This document shows, in pieces, positions 25,165 to 38,419 of a stretch of DNA of 64,000 bases. Numbering within the stretch: position 1 is the first letter of the stretch; each line of letters opens with the position of its first letter. A program made the position numbers and the translations under genes. Source of the stretch: Balanoglossus misakiensis (Eukaryota > Animalia > Hemichordata); contig CM082598.2 of NCBI GenBank assembly GCA_040954595.2, positions 8,075,097 through 8,139,096 on the forward strand, given 5' to 3'. The notes under the pieces are model-generated. The model had not been told where the DNA came from, ran no database searches, and saw only the letters and a program-made list of their open reading frames with translations.

Positions 25165-25487
25165 TTAATGCAGACGGCGACTCGGAGGAAGAGGTCACCC
25201 TGATGGCCGGCGTACTGTCTGGCGATGACCTGCTCGACGAGTATGCGTCGGACGCTTCGCGAGATTTTAATCCATTTATCGTAAACCCACACACCACAAT
25301 GGCTCAGACAGACAGGCTGCTAAGAAAAAGGTAATTTGCATGTTCATGCATTTGGCACCAATATATAGGCCCTGTTAGTAATTCACATGGTAAACTATAC
25401 GGTTGTAACGAAAATACGGTGTGTGGTAATAAATGCTCACTTCTTATTTCGTGATAGTGTTTACCACTGCGAGAAACCAATAAAAAG

Positions 25488-28420
25488 ATTAAAGCTGCAA
25501 GCAGCATTGTCGGGCCCAAGCGCTGATCCGCTATTATATATGCACAGTATGAATGAGAAGAAACATAATGCTCTATCAGGTGTTTTATCTCATGACATAA
25601 CAAGGACGTATGTATTTTTCCTGCTGAAATAGAGTAAAGTAGGTCAAAGGTCACCTGAGGTCACCCAACATTTGGGCAAAATTTATTGACCCATACTGTT
25701 CCATGTCCAACAAAAACTCTAGTTCTATTGGTTCGCCTATAATTAGGTATGTGCATATTTAATGAGGTCAGCAGGTGTCACAGGTGACTCAAAAATGTGG
25801 CTTTACATTTTGGTCCCATCCTGCCAAATGCCAAGGCTGTATCTGCCCTGGATGCTGAGATATGCGAAAGTAGGTCAAAGGTCACCAGAGGTCACCCAAT
25901 ATTTGGGCAACAAATTTTGACCCCATATTGGTCCATGTCCAACAAAAACCAAACCTCTAGCTCTATTGGTTCGCCTGTAATTAGCTATGGACATAATTAA
26001 TGAGGTCAGGAGAGGTCAAAGGGGTCATGAAAAGTAGCAAAATATTTTGATCACACACTAATCCACATTCATCAAAAACCAAACGTCTACCCTTATAGAT
26101 TAGCCTGGAATTAGATATGCAGAAATAATAACGCGTGATAAGTAGGTCAAAGGTCATGTGAAAAATCGCCAAAAAATTGTAACATATTTTAGTCACATGA
26201 CGATTGATATCCATAAAAAGAATTTGTATGCTATCAATTTTAAGACTAGAAAAAGGAATTTCAATTTGTCACAGCTTTTTACAAAATCCAATATGGCCGC
26301 CATAATCTTCGACCAATCACAATGCTCTTTGCAAACTTGATAGACATCAGTGTAGTGACCATACTCCCCGAATCTTGTGACTCAGTCATCGCCTGTTCTG
26401 GAGAAGAAGATCTTTGGAGTTTAACTATGGTTTTTCGAAAATCCAATATGGCCGCCATAATCTTCGACCAATCATAATGATCTTCGCAAACTTGATAGAC
26501 ATCAGTTAGGTGACCACATACCCCAAACCCCGTGTCTCGTTTATCACCGGTTCTGGAGAAGAAGATTTTTGAGAAAAAAAATTGTAGCAAAAAAACTGCA
26601 ACATTGACAGCAAAAATTTCCAATTACAAAAATGATGGGGAGAAGGACAACTACCTGCACACCAAATTTGAAGACGATCTGACTTGTAGTTTCTGAGATC
26701 TGAGATTTGAATTTTTTCAGAAAATCCAAGATGGCCGCCAGGTCATGTGACTAATTAAAAATTCAAGGGTTCAATGCACGACTACTCATTGACCTTGACC
26801 ACTGTAGCAAGTTTCAGAAGTGTACCTGCAGCGGTGTCTGAGATCTAGAGCGATAAAAAATGGACAGGAGAATAAAGAAAGAAAGAAAGATTAAAGCTGC
26901 AAGCAGCATTGTCCGGGCCCAAGCTCTATTATCTGATCTGATTATTAGATCTGCACATAATTATGAGTAGAAACATAATGTTATGTTTTATCCCATGAAA
27001 TATCAATATTATATCTATGTTTAGTGCTGATATAGTGTTAAGTAGGTCAAAGGTCACCCAGAGGTCACCCACAATTTGGGCAGAAAATTTTGACCCATAG
27101 TGGTCCATGTCCAACAAAAACCAGACCTCTAGCCCTTTTGGTTAGCCCGGAATTAGGTATGCACATAAATAATGAGTTAAGCAGGTGTCACAGGTGACCC
27201 AAAACTTTGGCTTTTCATTATGGCCCCATACCTCCAAACGCCAAGGCTGTATCTGCTGTGGATGCTGAGATTTGCGAAAGTATGTCAAAGGTCACCAGAG
27301 GTCACCCAACATCTGGGTAAAAACATTTGACCCCATACTGGTCCTGTCCAACAAAAACAAAACCTCTAGGTCTATTGGTTCGCCTGTAATTAGCTATGCA
27401 CATAATTAATGAGGTCAGCAGGGGTCAAAGGGGTCGTGAAAAGTAGCAAAATATTTTGATCACACACTAATCCACATAAATCAAAAACCAAACTTATAGC
27501 CCGATTGGTTAGCCTGGAATAAGATATGCAGAAAAATGATGCGTCAAAAGTAGGTCAAAGGTCATTGCCAAAATTACCAAAATATTTATAGCACATTGTA
27601 GTCATATGATGATTCATATCCATAAAAATAATTTCTGTGCTATCAATGTTTAGGCTAGAAAAGGAATTTTTACTTTTTAATCGTTTTTCACAAAATCCAA
27701 TATGGCCGCCATAATCTTCGACCAATCACATTCCCCTTCGCAAACTTGATAGACATCTGTTTAATGACCACACACACCAAATCTTGTGACTCAGTCATCG
27801 CCCGTTCTGGAGAAGAAGATTTTTGAAGTTTTACTACGGTTTTTCGAAAATCCAATATGGCCGCCATAATCTTCGACCAATCACAATGATCTTCGCAAAC
27901 TTGATAGACATCAGTTAGGTGACCACATACCCCAAACGGCGTGACTCGGTTATCGCCGGTTCTGGAGAAGAAGATTTTTGAAATTTTGACCAGATTTCAG
28001 AAAAACAACTGTAGCAAAAAAACTGCAACATTGACAGCAAAATATCCAATTACAAAAATGATGGGCAGAGGGTATACTACCAGCACAACAAATCTGAAGT
28101 TGATCTGACTTGTAGTTTCTGAGATCTGAGATTTGCATTTTTTCAGAAAATCCAATATGGCCGCCATGTCACGTGACTAATTAAGTATTCACAAGTCACT
28201 GCACATCTACTCATTGACCTTGACCACTGTAGCAAGTTTGAGAACTGTACCTGCAGCGGTTTCTGAGATCTAGAGCGCGAAAGAAATGAACCAAGAATAA
28301 AGAAAGAAAGAAAAACCCCAACGAAACCAATACGGGCCCAAGCCTGGCTTGGCTTGGGCCCGTAAAAAACCCCAACGAAACCAATAGGGCCCAAGCGCTG
28401 GTATGCGCTTGGGCCCTAAA
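25488..28420 (+). mobile_element. Two head-to-tail copies (25488-26889, 26890-28420) of a non-autonomous element with internal ~238-bp repeats and 3' hairpins
   Basis: Both start attaaagctgcaagcagcattgtc(c)gggccc; both end in GAAA-rich tracts; the second ends with hairpins gggcccaagcc..ggcttgggccc and gggcccaagcgc..gcgcttgggccc. Confidence 0.75.
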
Positions 28421-30964
28421 AACATGTAGCTATCATCGACTGCAGAATAAGGCCAAGAAAATTGTGTGTTTCCGATAACCCAATCAGCCTTAGTTCAAAC
28501 CCCAGACCCTAAAACTCGGACACAGCATGATAAGACTCATCATTTCCCCTTCATTGTAGAATCAAATCTATCATCGGTCCTTCATTTTACACGACGACCG
28601 TCGGACGTAAACGCATGAAAGAACCCTTAAATATTACTCTTGGCTTTAACACGTCGACCTACATGGACGTAAACGTTGGCATATTACCGCAGTTAGTGTT
28701 CTGGCAAACAGGTATGGTCAATGAAATCACATTTAATTGGAACTTTTCCCCTATTTCTTAGTTCACATTTTTGGCAATTTTGATAAGGCCGTGGGGATTA
28801 TATGTATATGGTAACTTGTATTATGTGGTATAAAATTTGATACTTTTCTAATCTTTCCAAACAGACATGCAAGAATGGCGAGACGCCAGTCATACATGTG
28901 AGGAATCACTTGGTGAATATCAATATGATTGGAAACGGGGAACACTGAGCGTACAGGTATTGTCCGAAGTCCTTCGCAATTCAGATACACGCGCAGATGC
29001 ATACTTATCATGCATAGTATCTTTCTATTGATCACAAAGTTAACATTAGATAAATTGTACCAATATATAGAATTCCCATTCACTAGTGAGAAGTGTATAT
29101 GCCTGTATATACATATATGTGTACTAGAAGTAAAACAAAAAAAACGTTTGTTCATTTTGATCAACGTGGTACCGAAACAAGCCCAACACTCATTATTATC
29201 GAATGTAAACAAATTGCCAGGTCCAAGAATGCAGTGAAATATTAGAGGTCGTTTCATTGTACCTATAACCAGGTTTGTGCGACAGATGTCGAGAGCCAAC
29301 AAAATGCAGAATCCCACCGGCGTCGATCTCCTGCCCCGGATATGTACTTTCAGGGATGAACCATATTCACTGTGGCTAGTATTGGACCATTCGTCAACAC
29401 CCCACCAACGATCACTTCGGAGAGCGAAATATGAATGTCAGAAGATGCGGGGACCCTCCAATTTAAAATTACAGCATTTGACGAAGATGGAGACGACGTC
29501 AGCTTTGAACTGGACGGTGAAACAGCAGCACAATTTGGATCCGGAGATGTTTCGTTGGCAGGAGATGGAAGTTTGTCATTCAAACTTTGCTTGGACTGCT
29601 TCGGTATGCAAAGCTTACAAGTATTGGCCAAAGAAGACAGAAAGGACAATTTTGACGCTCTGTCGACGTCATCAACCTTACGAATAGACGTGCGTGGTAT
29701 CAACGACAACCCAGACATTTTCTTAATTACGGATCACTTGAATACTATCGATGGAATGTTTCACACGCAAATCGCCACGACAGAAGAAAGAAAACACGAC
29801 GACGAAGGTAATGGTTTTGAAACTGTTTTGGGAGCATTTGACCCAGACACCTTCGACACTTTGACCTTGTTGTTTGACCCTCCGCAGCACGGCACCCTAG
29901 AAACTGGTGTACAGCATACCGCTGTTGAATTCATCAATGAAGACTGTTTGCCGATATCCAACATCACTGAAGATTACCTGGCCTACAATAGTTTCGATGT
30001 ATCAACCGTGTTATTCCCGTGCGGGGTGCCCGTTCCACACAGTGTTGACCGACTTGCGTGGGTCTTCGCTGCCATCAAGTACACCCCGGATGTGGGCTTC
30101 CACGGGGAAGACCGTATCAAGGTGAACGCAGTGGACCAGAGTGGCGCTCATTCTGACGTCATCACCGTCAAGGTGTTCGTACTGGCACATCCGTGCTTCA
30201 ACGGGGGGATGTGTAACGGAACTAATTCTGGCCTGGACTGTTTGGACACAGAGCGTGCCAAGGGTTTCCATGGCTACTTCTGTAGCTGCCTGCCTGGTTA
30301 CACCGGCGAGTTTTGTGCCACCGACCACAATGAGTGTTCATCCAACCCGTGTCCGACCAACTTCACGTGCATTGACCAGGTATATAAATACGGTGTATCT
30401 CTATTGGCATGCCAAATCACATGAAACCCCCGAAACACTCGTGGTTTTACTTGCCTTACCCTTTGTACAGTAAAATCGAATGTGACGATCAACAAGTCTT
30501 TACAACAATAACATTCAAATTTGTCCTGGGTTGAGTATCAACAACGTATTTCTACTTCAATTGGAAAATTTCAGTTGCCTGTACCTCTTTGTGAAGAATA
30601 AATTTCACTGAAAACATTTCCTTTATCTTAGATCTACTCGTTCGCGTGTTATCGTGCAAATTCCGACTGGTCCTGTGGCGGACGATCTTCAAGTTTCAAC
30701 GCCATCCTAATTACCTCGATTTGTGCAGGATTTCTTCTAGCTGTCCTTGTTATCTTGATATGGAGATGGAAACACTGGAAGAAAAACAGGCAATTGAAAG
30801 TAGCGTAAGTATGCCGTTTGTGATACCACTATTCCAATCACTAGTCGTTCATGGTGACTCATGGTCTATTTCTTATTACCGTTTTCTCTTGGCTAAACTT
30901 GCTGTCTTAACCCAATCTAAACATCTACGGTGTCTTCAAGATATTAAGGGGGTTCACTGGGGCT

Positions 30965-31390
30965 GCTAGAGGCACACGTTCTTTATCAGTTTTTTAGGTC
31001 CCATTGGTATAGGAATATATACCATGGGGCCTTGTGGGATCGGTTGCGTCTGTATGTATGTATGTATGTATGTATGTATGTGTGTGTGTGTGTGTGGGGG
31101 GGGGGTGGGTGGTTGGGTGGGTGGGTGGGTGGTTGGGTTGGCGGACGGGCGGGTGGGTAGGTGGGTTGGTGGGTGGGTTGGTGGCTGGATGGAAGGATGG
31201 GTGGATGTCCGTCCGTCCGTCCACATCAAAAACCGCTACGTGTATAACCTTGATATTTGGTGTGCAGATGCAGGCTGGGCTGTAGATGGGAGTTTGTTCA
31301 ATTAAAGTTGTCATTGCCAAAATATGCAAATGAGCTGGAAAAATGTTAATTTGGTCAAAACTCAGTAACTCTAGAAGTACTGGTCAGTTT
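30965..31390 (-). repeat. Dispersed repeat with internal (TATG)/(GT)/(GGGT) microsatellite
   Basis: Inverted homology to ~60900-61110 and ~61390-61650 (gggacctaa, cccatctacagcc, ctgcatct motifs). Confidence 0.7.
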
Positions 31391-31631
31391 GCTTTGCAGA
31401 GTGGCGTGTATTTACTTTATTGACTTGTTTTAATTAGGCAGGAACCCTCTCCTGTGAATTATATACACAGCAAAATCCCACATGATTACATAACTGGCTA
31501 AGTTTTGAAGAGGCCAGCTGTTCTATTTAGTGTATGTACAGTACATATGCCATTGGCAGCTAATGGGTCATTCAGTGTTTGATCTCTCGCTATATGTGAG
31601 TGTGTGTCTGTCTGCCTGTCTGTATATTTAC

Positions 31632-31790
31632 ATATAATCCCATGGTATCTTTCTTTGTTTGATGTAATCGTATACGAGTGGTTTTCGCAGAACAGTGCAA
31701 CTTCGAGCTGCAGGCGAGAAGTTGTACGCTTCCGCAAAAACCACGAGTATACGATGACGTTAAACAAAGAAAGATATCATGGGATTATAT
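31632..31790. repeat. Foldback palindrome
   Basis: atataatcccatg.tatctttctttgttt...aaacaaagaaagatatcatgggattatat. Confidence 0.85.
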
Positions 31791-31920
31791 ATTTATCACA
31801 TGAACAGTCTTCTTATTTTTCGTTAGAAGAGGCAGGACTAAAAAAATTCAGTAACTTGCAACAATTTTGATGTGGTGTCGTATTTTACTGAGCGGGATTA
31901 TTTCCCCCAGGAGATATATG

Positions 31921-32010
31921 TTGGGAGATTTTATGAAAGATCAGCGATAGTTCATCATTTGCATATACGCAAATGATTAACTATCGCTGATCATTCATAA
32001 AATCTCCCAA
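31921..32010. repeat. Foldback palindrome
   Basis: ttgggagattttatgaa.gatcagcgatagtt...aactatcgctgatc.ttcataaaatctcccaa. Confidence 0.9.
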
Positions 32011-33828
32011 TAAGTCATCCCGTTGAGTTCTGTTTGCTCGAATTTCGGCCGTACACAAATGTAATCGATTCTCTAACAATTTTACTGCAACCTGTTGCCA
32101 CGTCTTATACATTTCGTTGACCGGTGGAATAGAGAGGTTCAGTCGTCACGCTGAACTGGCTCGAAACAATTCCCCACGCTGATTCGACTCGGAACGTACC
32201 GGACTTGCGCCTAGCCTAGGCTATGTACATGTACCTTACCCAAAACTTTGACTGCCACGGTCGTCTATGAATGTTGCGTCGACTGTCTTCTTTTCGAATT
32301 CCACCTTTCTGTTTTGAGCTTACAAAGCGATATTGTCGTGGAACCGTCATTTTTTAATTTCATTTCTGTATTGTAAATGCCGCGCGCTACACGTACTGTT
32401 TCTGTTTGACAACAAAGCTACGGCGAATCGGAGGAAATAGTTCCGGTTGATGACGTAACACAGGGGTGATCTGGATTTTTTATCTGTCCTGGTCTACGTC
32501 ACACAGGTGGTGATCAGGGCCAGTTAATGTGATAAGGCCATGTACTCCGGTGTATAGACTTTTTCTTGTGTAATCCCTCAATGGGACCACCGTGTCCTTG
32601 ACGCGATTTTTTTTTCTTAATGCATTCGCATGTACACGGTAACTATTACATCAAATATCAATTTTATCAATAGAAAACAAATGCTTTCTAACCAGGGAAT
32701 GGAATTAGCCTCTTATAATCGACTGTAAATCCTATAATGTACAGTTATCAGAATATTGTTGAAATCGTTACAGTGAATTCGCGAAGTCCTACTTGGAACG
32801 GTGCAAGTTGCAGTAACTGTTTAGGGCATACTGCAGCGGTTATTTGATGTTAGTTGTGAGAACACATTTCTTGCATAAACTGGTGGATGCATCTTCTGAG
32901 AAGTGCTCATACAGTATTATAAAAATGTACAAAACCTTCAAATTGTTATCGAATGAAAGTTACCAGTATCACAATCACCCTACAGGCCAGAACTTGATGA
33001 TCTTGCCGATGTATTTGTATACGGCAATCCCGCTGAAGACATTGAATTGATTGAAACAGAGAAGGACGGCCCCATTTTGGATTCAACGAAGGGTGGCATC
33101 GATGAAGCCGAAACGAACGTAGACGCTGATAAAGGCGAAGATGGTGATGATAATGAGACCGATGACACTAATAATGGCGATGGGGACGTTGAAGAGGTTC
33201 TGCATCTTGGTGAAGGTGGAGAAGCAAACGATCCAATGAAGGTAAGTTTAATTTGTCTCAGCCCCGTCTTTCTAACCAACTCTGGCTACCATAAATAGAG
33301 TTTCACTTCGTGCTTGGGGGTAGACAAAAACTTATTTGAGGTAGCAAGAATTGTGGGCACATATGTAGCAAATATAATTTTTGGTTCGACATGTGTGTAA
33401 CTCTCCGAAATGAATGTTAGAGTAAATACTCGGAGTCTTGGTGTTTCACATGATTGAATGTATGGGTCAGATATGTTTCGACTCGTCTACAGATCACATT
33501 TAAGACAGTGTCCCTCATATCCCTTTATTTTCCATATGCCAGCGTAGGGTTTGATTTCTTTGTTGGGAGATTTACGTATTATTTATTCTAATATACCTAG
33601 GATAATACAACGGCTGAAGGTGAAGAACCTGAAATTGTCTTCTCTGTACAGCAGCGTTTTGGATTTGTCGATGCCCCAAATCGTTCGGTAATGTCTTTCT
33701 TCATGTGCTTTGGACTATCTGCCTCGGGATCAATAGTTTTACAAAACTCATCATGAGACAATTACTTTCTGGTGTTACTATCTTAAGCTTGCGTTTTACG
33801 CACGTGTTGAATGTTATATTGAAATTAA

Positions 33829-34314
33829 AGCCCCGTGAGCACCAACTTTTTGGAAGCAATCGCGTGAAATTTAATGTTTAATTGTACTCAATATTAGGCC
33901 ATACAGATGTATGTACTGTAGTATATACAAGTATCATAAACCCTATAAATATGCAAGTTTTAACCAGATAAATAATAAAGCTTTGCCGCAAGCACATATG
34001 GCCGCCATCGTGGAAAAATCCAAAATACAACGTAGACCTTTGTGATTTTATACACAAAGCATACATGATCTAATCCTCTAGAACACATGAAAGTAAACAT
34101 GCTCCACTGTGATATTACAATTTTATTTTGTATTGCACTTTCGCTTTTTTAAATTGCAGGACTATACTGGTAATACTTTTATTTGTTTGGTTATGTTGTC
34201 ATAAAAAAGTGTTTTCTTGACATACTACCAGGCAATATCATTTAATAGACAGAGTTAAAAGCATAGTTCAGATTTTTTAAAGCTTAATTTTATCAAGTTG
34301 CAGCTTATGGGGCT
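33829..34314. mobile_element. Kolobok-type MITE
   Basis: TTAA|agccccgtgagcaccaact...agttgcagcttatggggct|TTAA; AG termini with TTAA TSD. Confidence 0.75.
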
Positions 34315-36271
34315 TTAACTTAGTTATTATTAATCAGATGACGTCGATAAGCACACATTTCCAGATACTCCCACTTATCAAAGACTGTTTGTATAAAGTG
34401 TAAACATTGCTAATTGTGAGTACATGTTATGTCTATTTTCTTTGCTTATTCTTGTTTAAATTTATTCTTTCAGCGACAAGCATGGGGCAGAGTAAAGAAT
34501 GTTAATCTTTTTACTTAAACCTGTTTTAAGGAATCATTTCAGGATTAAACGGATTGGCACTGAAAGATTATAAATCTAGCATCCTGGTGGTTTTCCTGAT
34601 CATATATTTGCTTTAATATTTTTAAAGTGACTTTTAAGTCATTGTAACCATGGCAGATTTTACTTGCTTGATCTGCCGATTTACCGGAATCAAATTCACT
34701 CTCCTGCCAATACATGAAGTGTTTCAAACTGGATTAATTTTTTTAAACTAGTATCATTGGATAATTCTCCTGGCCCACATGCCTACATATACTATGAAAT
34801 TTTAAATGAATTGGGCAACACAGACACGGGAATTATTGTTCAAGTATGGATTTGCAATTGTTTTCTTTAAGCAATAGGTGGGGGAGCCAAGTGTGTTTCT
34901 GCAAAATGTTCCATGAAAGATTTACATAAGATTGTTTCAAGCAAGAATGGACAGCTTCCCAATGAACGAATGCCACAAGTTGCGTCAGCATAAATCCATG
35001 ATTGAACCTGAATTATATATGTCTTGTATACAAATTAAATTACAGACTGCTAATGTATAAGTTTGCTGTTGAAAAAGGAGGACATTGTATACCACCGATT
35101 CCTTTTAAATCAGACAATTTGTCTTCAATGTGAAAAACATATCAATTGCAGACGATGAATGTCATTTTATACTCTTTTGTTTGCTGTCAAAGCTTATTCC
35201 TGACTTTGCATGTATCATCAGAGGATGTCACAATTTTGCTAAATTCCGTCCGCTTTTCCGCTGTTTCAATTTTTAGCCGTCCATACTAAGCTTTTTATGT
35301 CTTATTATCTTCAGACATTATTCACGTTTGCATGAATTAACCTCGTGTGATTTTTAAATATTCTAAGGCGCCATAACTGTACAAACTGTTTAAGGCTGCC
35401 AATCGCTGCGTTTTTTCGGCTGTTTTCACGCAGCTTCCTGAAATACGTGTTTCTTCGAGAGACTTTAGTTTGACCAATAAACTGTGTCACTAACTGTAAA
35501 TGGAATGTTTGTCTCATCATTGACGTTTTCTGTAAGTGACCTCTTCATATGTAAACTTAATATGCTCCGTTGTTTAAGGAATATTCAAAAATATGCAAAA
35601 TAGCAATTAATGTTCATTATCACATATATAGCTCCGCATATTACCATAGAATGACGTCAGACGTAGGTAAATATGCACCAAGCGTTATTGTAATTACCAT
35701 CCCTCTGACGTCACCAAACGGAACTATTTTAAACTTGTAAAAAAGGTCCCCTTAGGGCGGCAAAATTCAGTGTAATTGTTGGTTTTATTTCGATATAAAA
35801 ACATAAGCAAAGATAAATAAAATGTTTCGTATGTGTAAATATCGACGATCGACGATTAGTTTTACCTGTGTACATTTTTATCTCACCAACCGGCACCAAA
35901 ACTGTCACGAGGTCAGCGGTGCTGAGCCAATGTCGTCGCGTTGTCGAGCGAGCAACAGGTACAAAATTGAGTATTCACAAAAAAAAAATTGATGCGACGA
36001 TTAGAGCAAAACAGTCTAGTCATAAAGCAAAAGGCATAAGAAAGGTTTCCTGCTCCAGTGAAACCTTAACGGACGATGAAATCCAGCTGACGCATGTCAG
36101 ACAGGTCCTCGCCAAAACCAGAATCGTCCAGGTCGTGACCTGAGTCACCTGACAGAGAGAGAACGCATAACATCGATCTTCAATTTTGCACAATAAAGTT
36201 CCAAATGTTATCGCAACCAGAAAGAGTTTCATTTGAAAATCAAAATTAGCGGATCTATGTATGTGATAAAC

Positions 36272-36437
36272 ATATAATTCCCCCGTAGTCCTCACTCGTG
36301 TACCTGCGTCGCGAACTCGTGATTCCCCGTATAGCTGTATCCCTCCCCGCCTGCGGCTCGGAGGGATACGGCCGCTATACGGGGAATCACTCGTCCGTGA
36401 CGCAGGCACACTCGTTCGAAATACGGGGGAATTATAT
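36272..36437. repeat. Foldback palindrome
   Basis: atataattcccccgta...tacgggggaattatat with inner arms gattccccgtatagc/gctatacggggaatc around a cctgcggctcg loop. Confidence 0.85.
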
Positions 36438-36591
36438 ATAACAATATCCCAAAAGCAAAATCCTAAAGTTACAGTGTTTTTCTTTGTAAAGCGTTTACTC
36501 GCCAAATCATGGTTTGTCATCGGTGATTTTGACTGTCATAGAAAGTGAAAATTAATTGTTGAGTGTACGTACACAAAATGTTTTTGTTTAA

Positions 36592-36973
36592 ACCCCGGTG
36601 CGGGGTATAAAAGACCCCCAAAATCAGTGGCGAATCTTAATGCCGTTTGACTGACAACAGACAACACCAACGATCTTGGCTCTATGAAAATCGGTGCAAA
36701 CAGGTCCAAGCTTAAAGAATTACACCACACAACGACAGTAGTTGGCTTTATAAACACACACAACATAAAGTTATCGACGAAAAAGTACACGAGCTTTTGA
36801 AACAACGATGATTTTGGGAGAAATCAAACAGCTGTCAATCGCGTGGAAGTGTAAAGTGTTCAATTATTTTCTATGAGATCAATTACACAGTCATTATGCA
36901 CGACGACCACTCCCAAATAAACAACTATACAAACACACGTTAATCCGAACCCCAGTACTTTCTGCACCGGGGT
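36592..36973 (-). mobile_element. TTAA-target MITE, copy B (inverted relative to 24725-25164, internal deletions)
   Basis: Same TIR and internal sequence; TTAA at 36588-36591 and 36974-36977. Confidence 0.85.
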
Positions 36974-37511
36974 TTAAAACGATAAAACTGCGTACAATCA
37001 TTTTACGTATTTTTGCACAATAATATATATTTGTTGTGGTGTGGCGTCGTCGCCTATGCATGCTCATTACGTGTGCATGTAAGGATTCTGCTCAGCAGAA
37101 AACGCGGAATAAAAGAAACAAGGGTAAAATTAACATTTTTGGCCACTTTATCGATTGAATGCAGTCATAGAAGAAACTGGCTTAACCAACGTGTGGGTGT
37201 TGCATGAGATCAATTACACAGTCATTATGCACGACGACCACTCCCAAATAAACAACTATACAAACACACGTTTATCCGAACCCCGGTACTTTCCGGTGCG
37301 TACAATCATTTTACGTATTTTTGCACAATAATATATATTTGTTTTGTGGTATGGCGTTGCCTATGCATGGTCATTACGTGTGCATGTAAGGATTCTGCTC
37401 AGCAGAAAACGCGGAATAAAAGAAACGAGGGTAAAATTAGCATTTTGGGCCACTTCATCGATTGAATGCAGTCATAGAAGAAACTTGCTTAACCAACGTG
37501 TGGGTGTTGCA
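36873..37511. repeat. Local tandem duplication (~330 bp) covering the MITE end and flank
   Basis: atgagatcaattacacagtc...gtgtgggtgttgca occurs at 36873-37204 and 37204-37511. Confidence 0.85.
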
Positions 37512-38419
37512 AACTGAAAACTGTAGTGTACATTGTACCTGTCTCATCTTTGCTTGGACCACGACTCCTTGATTCATCTCGATATGACTCGTGTGGAGAA
37601 CACAATAAATCAATATAAATATTACTTCTGGTCGATGCACCGACACCCGAGTCTCATCATCACGACCTCAATTATGCCTGCGGGATGCGCTCGAGGAGAG
37701 TGCTTTTTTGAAAGGCCAAAGGTCAACCCTATTAAGGGCATGCCCCGGATGTAATAAAATACTGTAGTATAAAAAATAATCTTGAAAATGAACTGCGGAC
37801 GGGAACGTGAGCCTGAACTGGTCAATGCCATATTATTTATGGGATTGTCAATGCTGACAACCGAGTTTAACATGTTTGTCTTGCAAAATACAGTCCGAGA
37901 AAGGCTATGTACAAGTCAAACGAACTGCAACACACAGTCATTGCAGCTATAGTATAGGCCTATGTTGCACGACCGGTGTTCAACCCCAGAAAATTAAAAT
38001 ACAAACACCTGGTAGGAAACTTGGTGTGTTTACGTTTGGATATTCTAAGACTGAAAACATATCGCTCGAGGGCACTCGCTGAGCTCCAACATTATTCAGT
38101 GTAGTGAAAAACAGCCCTAAAGTATAAACAGTGACACTATATAATGGCTTCACAGCGAAAGCCAATATAAATATTTCCAAAGGTGGTTTATAGCAAAAAA
38201 GTGAATTTCGGATCAAGTACGCGAGAATACTTATGCGAGAATATTCATAAAATTGAAAGTCTTGTCATTTCTCTTTATTGCTGGTTATTTATTCTTCTTT
38301 GTAAGCATTTTAATCGATCGGATCAGCTCTGACCTGCAAGGCCCTCTCAAATCTAAGCCGTTTCAGAACCACTCTACACCGTCCACACGTGTTTTAAAGG
38401 CAAAATTTTCAATCCCTAT

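Larger units (their letters stand above)
28865..34518 (+). pseudogene. 3' exons of a VWDE-like type I membrane protein (cadherin-like repeats, EGF domains, TM helix, acidic tail) with two in-frame TGA
   Basis: Phase-compatible GT-AG exons 28865-28956, 29273-30379, 30632-30804, 32986-33241, 33601-33687, 34474-34518. NTPPTIT/INDNPD/AFDPD repeats; EGFs PCFNGGMC...CSCLPGYTGEFC and ECSSNPCPTNFTCID; TM AILITSICAGFLLAVLVILIW followed by RWKHWKK. TGA at 29357 and 29432. Possible upstream exons 24095-24236 and 25174-25330. Confidence 0.75.

Noticed and set aside
24951-25334. ORF MFQKLVYFF... (and its copy at 36536-36805)
   Set aside because: Read-through of a non-coding MITE; only the part after 25174 may be a real exon.
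29357-29434. Selenocysteine or readthrough recoding of two in-frame TGAs
   Set aside because: No SECIS identified, no redox motif context, and other decay signs are present; nonsense mutation is simpler.
35868-37680. Possible DEK-C-like ORF (+) or terminal exons of a minus-strand gene (GDSGHDLDDSGFGEDLSDMRQLDFIVR*)
   Set aside because: The two readings conflict, the segments are short and no consistent exon chain could be built.
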